A stretch of 63,706 bases of DNA, counting the filler, from Octopus bimaculoides (lineage: Eukaryota): assembly GCF_001194135.2 (NCBI RefSeq). It is 7 parts of 7 records of this genome, joined end to end, with 100 filler letters (N's around TTAATTAATTAA, not from the genome) between each part and the next. Parts side by side here need not be neighbours in the genome. Positions count along the whole stretch, not along the records: positions 1 to 20,660 come from NC_068982.1; positions 20,761 to 27,641 come from NC_068988.1; 5 more parts are not named here. One strand, 5' to 3'. The position numbers were made by a program, and so were the translations under genes. Below, piece by piece: positions 12,053-22,491 of this stretch (position 1 is the first letter of the stretch; each line of letters begins with the position of its first letter). Below the pieces are notes generated by a model. That model saw only the letters and a program-made list of their open reading frames with translations, made no database searches and was not told where the DNA came from.

Positions 12053-13499
12053 GTATATATACATACATATATACACATACATATATAAACAATTATATAA
12101 ATATANNNNNNNNNNNNNNNNNNNNNNNNNNNNNNNNNNNNNNNNNNNNNNNNNNNNNNNNNNNNNNNNNNNNNNNNNNNNNNNNNNNNNNNNNNNNNNN
12201 NATATATATATATACATACACGTAACCAATAATTCAAGGAAAACTGAAATAATGAATAGTATCGAAGTCTATGATTTACATTCTTCTACTACTTGCAATG
12301 TAAATAAAATAGCTTTTGCTTCTTTTGGATATCCAGGCCAGGCACCAGATTTGGCCCAGAGGAATTAGACGACTTATTCTGCAGTAAAAACCATAGTTCT
12401 AATTGATTTGGACCAGGCATAAAATATCGAATCAATATTTACAGGTAAGGAATATAGGAGACATAATTAACTACAGAGTATCAATAATACTATGTTACTG
12501 AACATAGAAGAGTCTATCTTATTTACTACGGAACGTAATTGTTTATGCATTATTACTGCATACATTTTCTCAGTATAAACTAGCAATGTCTGTGGCAATT
12601 TTATATTTATATGGAAAACTATATATGTGTTGCAAGTTTGTTAGCGATCACGTAATGTATAAGTTTTGAGTCTGTACATTATTTAATGTAATGTCTGCAA
12701 AGGTACAATTGAATGTGTAATCTTTGGAGAGAGTAGTTTTGAAAACCTATTCTTTTTTGGCATACACATGTCACTTTTAGATTCAAAATGTAAATAATGT
12801 AAATGTTAACCAGGAATATGGAACAAAACTAAAAGCCTTACTTCTCTGTTATATCACTCTCACTTACGACCGTTGCACTGACAAAGCGTCAGCAACTCCT
12901 GATACAAGGTGTTTTATTCTTAATTTCATACAAAAAAATGTATACGGTTGCACTTAAACTAGCAGTTCTAGTTGCCCACTTCTATGACTATATCGCTGTA
13001 TTGGCAACTAAATTTACCAATTGAAAAAACAATCACTGATGTTACGAATAATATAACTCTTGTTTGTGTAATTGATATTTTCAACTAAAATCCATGTTCA
13101 TAAATAAGACTATAGTCAAATAATATGATATTTAAATGAAAAGAAATTCTGTGCCAGCATTTGGTACTGTATAGAGTCTCTGCTTTTTTTATCGTCCTTT
13201 GTTTATTCCTGTCATTGTGGTTGATAGCACTAGTAAAACAATATGGAGAATTCAATTTATTCTACAGGCACATTAGCAACTGATAAACCTTTAACAGTTT
13301 TAACATATCAATATCAACGATCAAATGTTGATTAAATATAACATGCACGAAGAAAATTTCAAGTAGCGTAAAATTATGTCCCAGTTTTAATTTCCAACAA
13401 AAGAATTTTCCCTTCAATATAATTTCATTAATCAGAAGAGACTACCAACCTCTCATTAAGTTACTCAAATTTCACCTTATCACTAATCACGCTATTAGT

Positions 13500-14030
13500 C
13501 AGTATATGAAGTGATGTAAAAATGATCCCTGATTCAGAGTATATAGCGAAGGGGCTAGTAAAAGTGCCACTGTGTAAGAAAATCCTGCGGTAAGAAATAA
13601 ATTATTGTTAAAACCAGAAAAAGGAAAAATCTTGCAGTTAGTTACAATGTGTTCGGAGTATATGAAGAGGAGTATTTGTACGTTCACGAGGGGAGTAGCA
13701 TGAGAGTGAATGCATTATTGCAAATTGAACGTTTAAGTGTTCATGTTCTCGAAGATAAATTTAAGATGAATTCTACTGGTAATTTACATTCATGCTAATC
13801 TAATCTTGATTCCATTAGGTACACCATAATATTATTTTTGCTGTTCAATTAAACAAAATAATTATTAGCAAATAAGAAAAGTTGAACAAAATAAAAATTA
13901 CAAATACAACTTTTGCAAATTTCATTCGACTGTATGTACATGATATCATATGTTTTTTTAATTATAAGTATGAGAAACTGAACGTTTATAACTTTCTACG
14001 TCAATAAACCACTATTGTTACAGAAAATTG
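13500..14030 (+). repeat. Diverged local direct duplication, copy 1 (copy 2 at about 16745-17240; partial copy 3 at about 18420-18590)
   Basis: Collinear blocks shared by the copies, e.g. cctgattcaga.tatatagcgaaggggctagtaaaa, gaagaggagtatttgta, aaattgaacgtttaagtg.tcatgttctc, attcgactgtatgtacat; ttctacgtcaataaac is shared with 18433-18448. Confidence 0.85.
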
Positions 14031-15435
14031 TTTTTACACCTTACTAACTTCCTACAACTTGATCCTTAGATCTTACCTTTTCACATTATGTATATACGTG
14101 TATGAATGTGTGTGTATGTGCGTGTGTGTGTTAGTGTGTGTGTTTATGTGTGTGGGAATCCTAAATTTAAAATGATGTATCATTGAATTCAAATGATGTA
14201 CAAAACAATAAGCTTAGGAGGAAATTTGACTATTTCTAAATCTAAGGGGACTTTTAAATGTTAAACGCAGAAAGTTTGCTGTCCACTGTTAACATGTTCC
14301 TCTTTAGATTTTGTGCATACAAAACGTTCATGCTTCTCAGAGTACAAACCGTCCGTGTCAAACGTCGGAAACATTTTGTATTTCATCCCAAATTGAGAGA
14401 GCATTTGTTTCATATAATTCAGCTGAGATATACACTTGTAAGGCTGCATGAAGCCTATTTTTTAAACGTCTCTTGGATTTCCGAAAATTGAAGAGGGATA
14501 TATTTGCCTTCTAGTATGACGAGTTTAGATTTGAATCACAAATGGGCGAGTTATAGCAAGCAAATTCATTAAGATTAGACAGAGTGATTTAGTACTTGTC
14601 GGGCAAAAATATGGTATATTGGTAATGCAACTCTACAATTCCTGTTATCTAGAATTTTCGAAAACTAGTTCATTGCTGAGAGGCAAGATAAGTTGCATTT
14701 TTCCTACCAGTCATAGGTAATTCTATTTGCGTTTGGTTCGATAATGTAGATTTGGTATTGCATAACAAAATTTCATGTGCAATGTTTTGCTATAATTTGC
14801 AGAGTACGTAAAGCTTACGATCCTCTGCTATTATCAATCCCGAGTCTTATTTCATTATTCTTCGTTTCTAGATTAATGGAAGTAAAGTCGTTGATAGTTT
14901 TACTGTCTCTATTTAGGGCATAAGTTTCTAGGTGTTAGCTTTACCTGCTGCTGTCTTTAAATTTTGTCACTGTAAATTGAGAAAGAGGAAATTTTCTATG
15001 ACATAAATCCAAAGAGAGATTCTTCTACATCCGCACGCATTTATATCACCCAGCAATTATTTGGCTTTCAGTCTTTACTGATAATGTATTTCATGTTTTT
15101 CCTCCGCTGAATAAAATTTAGTGTCAATCTATTTAAAATAAAACACTTGAAAGAATGGGATAGCTGCCTTCTCAACATATTGAGTGCAAAATAATAATAT
15201 GAGAACACGAATCTATACGCGATTGTTTCTGCAGGAACATTAAATCAACGTAATCAGGATGAACGAGAAAAGCTAAAAAATTAAAATGTTAAAAGTTTTG
15301 CTGGGTCAAAAGCGCAGAATACCGAACGATATAATGCTTAAAGATAAATGTCTCGGATTTTAAAATATAATTAGGAAATATAACCTAAACATAATTTACA
15401 TTTAACGGATATTCGTCCTCATCTTGTTTGTTGTT

Positions 15436-15481
15436 AACTCAACGTTTCAGCTGATATACCCTCCAGCCTTTATCAGGTGTC
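15436..15481 (-). ncRNA. Minimal type I hammerhead ribozyme motif, mutated core (CUGAUAA)
   Basis: Minus strand reads GACAC-CTGATAA-AGGCTG-GAGGGTATAT-CAGCT-GAAA-CG-TT-GAGTT. Confidence 0.65.
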
Positions 15482-16392
15482 TTGGGGAAATTTCGAACCT
15501 GAATTCTCATTCCTAATCCTAAGTTATTTTTCGACATTACTATTATTCAGGTCACTGCCTGGAATCGAACTCAGAATCTTGGGGTGAGTAGCCGGCGCTC
15601 GTAACCACTATGCTCGTAACCACTATGCCCTATTCCTGTGAATTTGGGGGCTTATAAACCTAATATTCTTCTATCCTTCCTTAATACTGGTTCCAATATG
15701 TTGCTCATATCTGCACTCGGTCGGCTTAGGAGGTTGTTGTGTCCTAACATATGTGCTGCTTCTTTTAGTTTTCGTATTTTCCAGTGGTGTTCTCTATTAT
15801 TTTAACTTCATCCCACAGGGTGAGATGGTCTCCATTTTTCCGTACAAGATCAGCTATATCCGATTCATCAATATCTTCTTGTGTCACAGCTTTGCGATGT
15901 TCGTCTACCCTTACTTTCACGGGGTGGCATGTTTCGCCTTTGTATAACCTACCACAGCTGCATGGGATAGAGTACACGCAGTCTTTGATCATATTTTCTT
16001 CTATTGGTGGTTTTACTCGAAGGAGATATTTGCGAAGTATTGTATTACTCTTGAATACTGTTCTGATTTCATACGGGTGGCATATCTTTTGTATCTTTTC
16101 GGAGAGGCCTTTCACATAGGGTAGACAGACTGTGGACAGTTTATTGGTTTCAGCCTCTTTTTTCGTCATAATTGGAGTGGATAGTATGTTTTGTGGGTAG
16201 TTGTTACTTAATAGATTGTTACTTAGCTTGATCATTTCTTCGTGGTGGGTATCACGATCGCTACTTATATTCTTTGCTCGATATTTCAAGAAACTGAGCA
16301 ATCCTTCTTTTACACTATGGGTGGTGGGAATTAAGGAAGGATAGGAAAATATTAGATTTATAAGTCCTAAAATTCACTACATAATTTCCCAC

Positions 16393-16467
16393 GGGCATAT
16401 GGCGTAGTGTTTAAGAGCGCAGGCTACTAACCCTAAGATACCGAGTTGGATTTCAGGCAGTGATCTG
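16393..16467 (+). ncRNA. tRNA-derived Pol III promoter-like segment inside the pLTR (mirror copy at about 15550-15630, minus strand)
   Basis: A-box-like TGGCGTAGTGT at 16400-16410; B-box-like GAGTTGGATTTC here, with an intact GTTCGATTCC in the other arm (reverse complement of 15561-15570). Confidence 0.7.
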
Positions 16468-16550
16468 AACAATAATAATAATAATAATAATAATAATAAT
16501 TGCATCGAAAACACCTTAGAAATGAGAACTCCGGTTCTAAATTTCCCCAA

Positions 16551-16596
16551 GACACGTGATGAAGGCTGGAGGGTATATCAGCCGAAACGTTGTGTT
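16551..16596 (+). ncRNA. Minimal type I hammerhead ribozyme motif, C3 mutated (GUGAUGA)
   Basis: GACAC-GTGATGA-AGGCTG-GAGGGTATAT-CAGCC-GAAA-CG-TT-GTGTT. Stem II GGCTG/CAGCC, stem I GACAC/GTGTT, GUU cleavage triplet. Confidence 0.7.
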
Positions 16597-19500
16597 AACA
16601 ACAAACAAGATGAGGACAAATATCCATGAAATGTAAATAAGGTACATAATTGCTTGTCTCTTAAGTATAGAAATGTATAACCTAAACATTCTTAAAGCTT
16701 TATACCTACAGTCCAAAATAGATTTTTGAAGTGAAGTATATTATAGCATATGAAGTGCTGTATTTTTCCTGATTCAGAATATATAGCGAAGGGGCTAGTA
16801 AAAATGTCACTGAGTAAGAAATTCATGCAATAAGAAAAAATATTGTTAAAAATTGAAAACAATGGAAAACCGTGCATTTAGCCACAAGATGTTAGGAGTT
16901 CATGAAGAGGAGTATTTGTATATTCAAGAGGTGGGTAAGATTAAAGTGAAGGCATTATTGTAAATTGAACGTTTAAGTGCTCATGTTCTCATAAGACATA
17001 TATTTGACAGAAATCATAAGATGAATTTTACAGGTAATTTAGATCCATGCTGATATTCTCTTGATTCTGTTAAGTACACCATAATTTTAGTTTTGTGAAA
17101 TTAAATAAAATAGATATTAGCAAATAAGAAAAAATGAACAAATAAAAATTATAAAAATGACTTTTACAAATTTTATTCGACTGTATGTACATAAATTCAT
17201 ATGGTTTTTAGTTTATAAGTATTAGAAATGAACGTATTTGAATAAATCGAAAGAAACTAAAAATGGTAAAATTGCAAATTGCACGGTTGATTATTCAAAT
17301 CCGGTTGTGCACGTTTCATCGCAATTTCTTCCAGATAATTATTACAGATGATTTTCACCCATTCTACAGTAGTATTTAAAATTATTGCATGTGTTAATGA
17401 TTGTCAATGAAATATATAAAACTAACATATAATTGAAAATGTAATAGAAGATTTTCATTAAACAAATTATTATTATTATAAGTTTGTTGCTATACGTAAA
17501 GAGTTTGTGGTGGTGTTGGGATTAAATTATATGAAATTAATTATAAGATTAAAATATATGAAGTCATATATGTGTTTTCAATTGTATGTTCTTATAAATA
17601 TCTTAAATATATATGCTGATAATTAAAACTTTGTGTTCGAATGGGCGTAAAACTTGATCAAACTGTTTGAAAGTTGATCAGGGTGTTTTATTTTATGAAG
17701 TGAGGAAAACTATCTCTGTGTATAAGACTGATAATTAGGAGTATCATTCAAACGCAAGTGCTATTAGCAAGTAGTCGAATTTGAAATGCATAAATATTAT
17801 GTCAGATAAGACTTGCGGAAACATCATGAGAAGAAGTGGTCAATTGAGACACAGAGGAGATTAATTAGCAGCGGAGGAATAGAAAGGTGGTAGGGGAAAT
17901 GAAAGTGATAAATGATGAGTGTGATAATGATAAGGAATTTAGACGTCTTAGTCTAAATTTTTCCTGCATTAAATGAATTAATTAGAAGAGGATTCTGTTC
18001 GTAACGTTTGGGCAAATATTGGACTTAAACAAAAAAATCCGTAGTAGCTTATTGTCAGTGTTCAGATCAATGAAATATTGCAAAATGTTCTGTTATACAA
18101 ATTTTAGGTCAGCTACACTGCCCCTATGTCTGTAGATGTTATGAAATCAAGGATGACTCATTGTATTATTATTACGTTCGTGTACTTGTAATATGGAACC
18201 AGATGAGCTTGTATTGTGTCACGTCTCCGGAATAACCAATAAATCACATTAATTTAAGCTCATAAACTCATTAGACTCAGGATAAACACACACATACATA
18301 CACACGCACATACATATATATACATATATCCAAATTTTTGGATTTTTATTCGCATATATAGCAAACCCAGCGGCCAACCTTATACTATAAATTGAGCATA
18401 TCAAATTTTCGACATGGGAAACATTTACAACCTTCTACGTCAATAAACTAGGACCAAAAGCGCACAATGCCAAACGATATATTGTCTAAAGATCAAAGGC
18501 CCGGATTTTTAAATATAATTAAATAATATAACCTAAACATTCTTAAAGTCATATATCTACAGTCAAAAACAGATTTTTGTAGTGAAACATTTTATATATT
18601 TTATATATTTACTTGAAAATATTAAGTGGTATTCAAGGGTAACGTCATCGAAGACAAAAGCTAAAATTCAAGTTGTTTCATATCGAATAATACGTTAGTT
18701 TAAATAACTTATAAAATGGTTCATTCGCATAAGCATGAACAATCCTCTCTGCACTCACGCTCCGTTCATTACGATACTACATTTTCCAATTTCATATTTG
18801 CATTCACTTTCAATCTGCTATTCTTTCCTGTAGACAGCTTTTAAGAGTACATAGCTATGTATCTGGAGATGGTTAATTTATACAACACCTCATGTCTAAT
18901 CTCCTGATGTGAAACAAGTACTTTGAGCAGCCAGATGTTGTTACCAGGCTGAGTCAAAATTTCTTTCGCATTTTCAGCGTTTGTGTCCTTGCTTGTGTGC
19001 GTGTGCGCACGCGTTTGCATGTATGTGTATGTGTACGCTTGTGCGTGTGTAATAGTCTTTAGCAACAGTATGGCCTTAACTTCAGCCACATCCTCTAACC
19101 CCATTTTGCTGCTGCTGTCTTAAAACCCGAAACAAATATACGGTACACTTCCTGTATTCCTCTGTGTATGTATGTTCGCCCACGGTGTTGCCTTTGTAGT
19201 AGTTGTTTTGCTGTTACTGCCACGTTAGTACCGCCGCTGCTACAGACCGTATTAGTTGTGTTGTTGACATCGTTACGGCCCTTCATGAAGTTTCATGTGT
19301 ATGGGTTTGTGTGTGTGTGGTGGATGTTTGCTTCGTATGTAGCCATGCCCTTTATATAATTTTATTTAGTTATTTTATCTATCTCTGTCTTATATCTACC
19401 ACAGGTATGTGGCAGATATATGGATATTTTTATTTATTTACTTCTTTTATACCACTGTCTCATTTTGTTATAAATGCCACAGTTAAGCGCATATATATCT

Positions 19501-20160
19501 ACTGTGTGTGTGTATTACCATGTACGTGTCTGTGTATTATTTACGGTCTTTACGTCTCTTTTTTTCCCTTTGCCTTTCTCTTGACATCCCTACTCTGGTG
19601 GTGTTGAGTTGGGTGATACTCTTCAATTCATGTTCTCTATTGACGCTAGGTATGTCTACTGTTATGTGTACAGCTTCTGTAATCTATCTAAATATCTTGT
19701 GAGTATTACGAAATATGTAAAAACTCGCGTAAAGATGTATTAAAAGGGAGCCACTTTCGTGATTGTCATAAAATATCATAATGTGGCATTCAGCTATATT
19801 AACTACTTAAGAAAAGCTAAAGAAATTATATATGTGTGTATGTGTGTGTGNNNNNNNNNNNNNNNNNNNNNNNNNNNNNNNNNNNNNNNNNNNNNNNNNN
19901 NNNNNNNNNNNNNNNNNNNNNNNNNNNNNNNNNNNNNNNNNNNNNNNNNNNNNNNNNNNNNNNNNNNNNNNNNNNNNNNNNNNNNNNNNNNNNNNNNNNN
20001 NNNNNNNNNNNNNNNNNNNNNNNNNNNNNNNNNNNNNNNNNNNNNNNNNNNNNNNNNNNNNNNNNNNNNNNNNNNNNNNNNNNNNNNNNNNNNNNNNNNN
20101 NNNNNNNNNNNNNNNNNNNNNNNNNNNNNNNNNNNNNNNNNNNNNNNNNNNNNNNNNNNN

Positions 20161-20192
<32 letters not shown>

Positions 20193-20660
20193 TATACATG
20201 ACGACTGCTCCATCTTGACAAACGATAGCCATCCCATCAACAATCCACACCCATCATCACACAGCACGATCACTCCGTTGGTGAGCCCTCAAGTGACTTT
20301 GAAGTCCAGCTGCTGAGCGACAAGCTCTACAGCACGGATGACAAATGTTCAGGCCTCTCGATCCTTGCCCGCTGGTATCTGATTCTAAGGAAACGCTTCT
20401 GTGAACCAGCATATGTCTCTTAAGTCCGGGTATTGTTTTACAAACCTTGTGACATATGCCACTGGTCGCAGAAGGTGGTTGGTATTTAGGGTGTCTGGAA
20501 TTTTTATCCTCATGTGTTTTCATGTGATTCAGGTATCCTGCTTTTGACAGAAGAACGCGATCACACACAATACACATCCTATACTCTCCATTGTTTACAA
20601 TTTTTCCCTTTCGACAGGCCCGCTTAAGCTCAAGTTGCTCAAACATCTTTTCCTCCCAGA
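20161..20660 (-). mobile_element. RTE-clade LINE 3' end with C-terminal C2H2 zinc fingers, short 3' UTR and (TA)n tail
   Basis: ORF 20257-20646 contains CIVC..SKAGYLNHMKTH, (G)ICHKVCKTIPGLKRHMLVH and CHPCCRACRSAAGLQSHLRAH. The last motif (C..C.R.C.S..GL.SH.R.H) is the usual RTE C-terminus; a microsatellite tail follows. Confidence 0.75.
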
Positions 20661-20704
20661 NNNNNNNNNNNNNNNNNNNNNNNNNNNNNNNNNNNNNNNN
20701 NNNN

Positions 20705-20716
20705 TTAATTAATTAA
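20705..20716. other. Artificial scaffold-join spacer TTAATTAATTAA inside N runs (also 27686-27697, 39727-39738, 46694-46705, 52960-52971, 62366-62377)
   Basis: The same palindromic 12-mer, with stops in all six frames, is centred in 100-bp N blocks (44 N + 12 + 44 N at this site) six times. Confidence 0.95.
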
Positions 20717-21649
20717 NNNNNNNNNNNNNNNNNNNNNNNNNNNNNNNNNNNNNNNNNNNNATTTTGGTACAAAGTCAGCATTTCGGAGGAGTGAGGTAAG
20801 TTGATTACATCGACCCCAGTTCTTAACTGGTACTTGTTTTATCGATCCCGGAAGGATGAAAGGCAAAGTTTTTGCAAATGCTAAAATAAAAACTACTTTT
20901 GAAAAGAAAAATTTTCATTACCTTATGATGAAGTTAAATACATTAAATTTCTGTCTTGTATAACTCCTAACTACTCTGTCATTTCCTCCTCCTGCAGTGT
21001 GTGTGAGAGTGTGTGTATGTTTGTATGTGTATGTGTGAGTGTATGTGTGTGTGCGCGCGCATGTGTAGCATTCCCTTACACATTGTCTGTTATGTGCACT
21101 CATCCTGCACTGGTTAAGTCAACTCTCTTTGCATCTCTTTTTTTAGTGCCCCACTTCTCTCTATACATTGTGAAGCGTGACCGGAGAGTTCAGCCGACCG
21201 ACCAACCAGCCAGCCAGCCAGCCAGCCAGCCAGACAGACAGCCAGCCAGCCAGACAGACAGCCAATATCAACCAACATCCATATCCGCTCTTATATATGC
21301 ATACGTGTACATTTGACTGTACGTGCGCTTGCGTGTTTCTGTGTATTTGTATTTGTGATTGTGTAAGTGTGTTTATTGTATGCGTGTGTAATTCTTACAA
21401 TGGCCGCGATGGACGAGTGGCTGATGGATCAATTTACATGTGAAATTTGTAATTGGACTGCGACAACGCTGAGACATCACCTTCAAAGCATTTAACCGAC
21501 TAGACAACTCAGTACTCATGCTATCGACTTCGTAAAGGATAGAAGACAACGTCGACCTTCGCGTAAAAAGAATGTAACTTTAACAATTATATAAATCTTC
21601 GAGTATAGTCCGCGGATCTTTAGGGTTTGACGGCCAAAATTTTTTTATG

Positions 21650-22491
21650 TAGTGTTTTTGGTACCGAAACACTTTCAAACTTCGTATACTTGTATATTTT
21701 GTGGTATAGAACAGATAAAAAATTTTGTATCCGAAGTTATTTCACGTTAAAAATTATCTTATTTCGATAATTTCAACTAATCACTGACGTCTATTCAGTT
21801 GAATACAGTTAGTGCTGTGACGGTGTATATGGTATTAATCCCCGTTAGTTCTGACATTTCCGATTAACTAGACTGTTCGTAAACAAAGGGGAAAAAGCCA
21901 TCAAAATACTTGAATATTGCCTGCACTTGTTATTGGAGCTGGCAGAATTATTAATGCACCTCCACCAAGTGCTTCATTTCCTAGAAATAGTAGCCAAATC
22001 TTCTTCAAATCAAACTCTAGTTTAGGGTTAGGGTTCGGATTTTAGAGTTAGGGTTAGGGTTAGGGTTATGGTTATGAGTTATAGGGTTTTAGGGTTAGGG
22101 TTAGGGTTATAGGGTTAGGGTTAGGGTTATAGGGTTTTAGGGTTAGGGTTAGGGTTATGAGTGAAGTTATGGCAACCCTAACCGTAACCCTAAAACTAAC
22201 CCTAAAACTAACCCGAACTTATTATATAAACAATATATGCGTATAAATTACGATTAAACCGGATGAAATATGTCACAGGGAATAACATTTTTACGACTGG
22301 GAAAAAAATTATTGTTTACAAAGAGCACTGACTGTATTCAGCTGAATAGACGTCAGTGATTGGTTGAAATTACAGAAATACGACAACTTTAACATGAAAT
22401 AATTTGCGATGTACAATTTTTTGTTAAGAAGGCTAAGAGAAAAAGTTGTTTTGTATGACACATTCTACCAGTGTCCCAAGTTTGAAAGTGT
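21650..22491. mobile_element. Foldback/MITE-like element with long terminal inverted repeats and internal telomeric repeats
   Basis: 21770-21816 against 22324-22370 is a 47-bp inverted repeat with 3 mismatches; ACACTTTCAAACTT (21669-21682) has an exact reverse complement at 22478-22491. Confidence 0.8.
22022..22217. repeat. Interstitial telomeric arrays: degenerate (TTAGGG)n at 22022-22158 followed by (CCCTAA)n at 22174-22217
   Basis: Directly visible. Confidence 0.9.

Larger units (their letters stand above)
15393..16675 (-). mobile_element. 5'-truncated Penelope-like element (Penelope/Poseidon-type GIY-YIG) with inverted pseudo-LTRs and a 14-bp TSD
   Basis: ORF 15765-16301 encodes RT-thumb and linker (LKYRAKNISS..NNYP..VCLPYVKGLSEKI) and GIY-YIG (CVYSIPCSCGRLYKGET..RVDEH..WDEVKII). 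A frameshifted tail EHHWKIRKLKEAAHM...LRKDRRILGL* ends at 15652. Inverted arms at about 15393-15685 and 16330-16640. TATAACCTAAACAT flanks both ends (15379-15392, 16676-16689). Confidence 0.92.

Noticed and set aside
19520-19650. Hydrophobic ORF ending at a phase-1 donor (possible signal-peptide exon)
   Set aside because: T-rich DNA yields hydrophobic frames by default; there is no supporting promoter or downstream exon.
21390-21560. MAAMDEWLMDQFTCEICNW..LRHH, resembling a zinc finger
   Set aside because: Finger spacing is wrong, and the DNA looks like a decayed SINE head plus a family B fragment.
22022-22217. Ancient chromosome end-to-end fusion site
   Set aside because: The arrays are short and lie inside paired inverted arms of a mobile-element-like unit; no subtelomeric context is visible.
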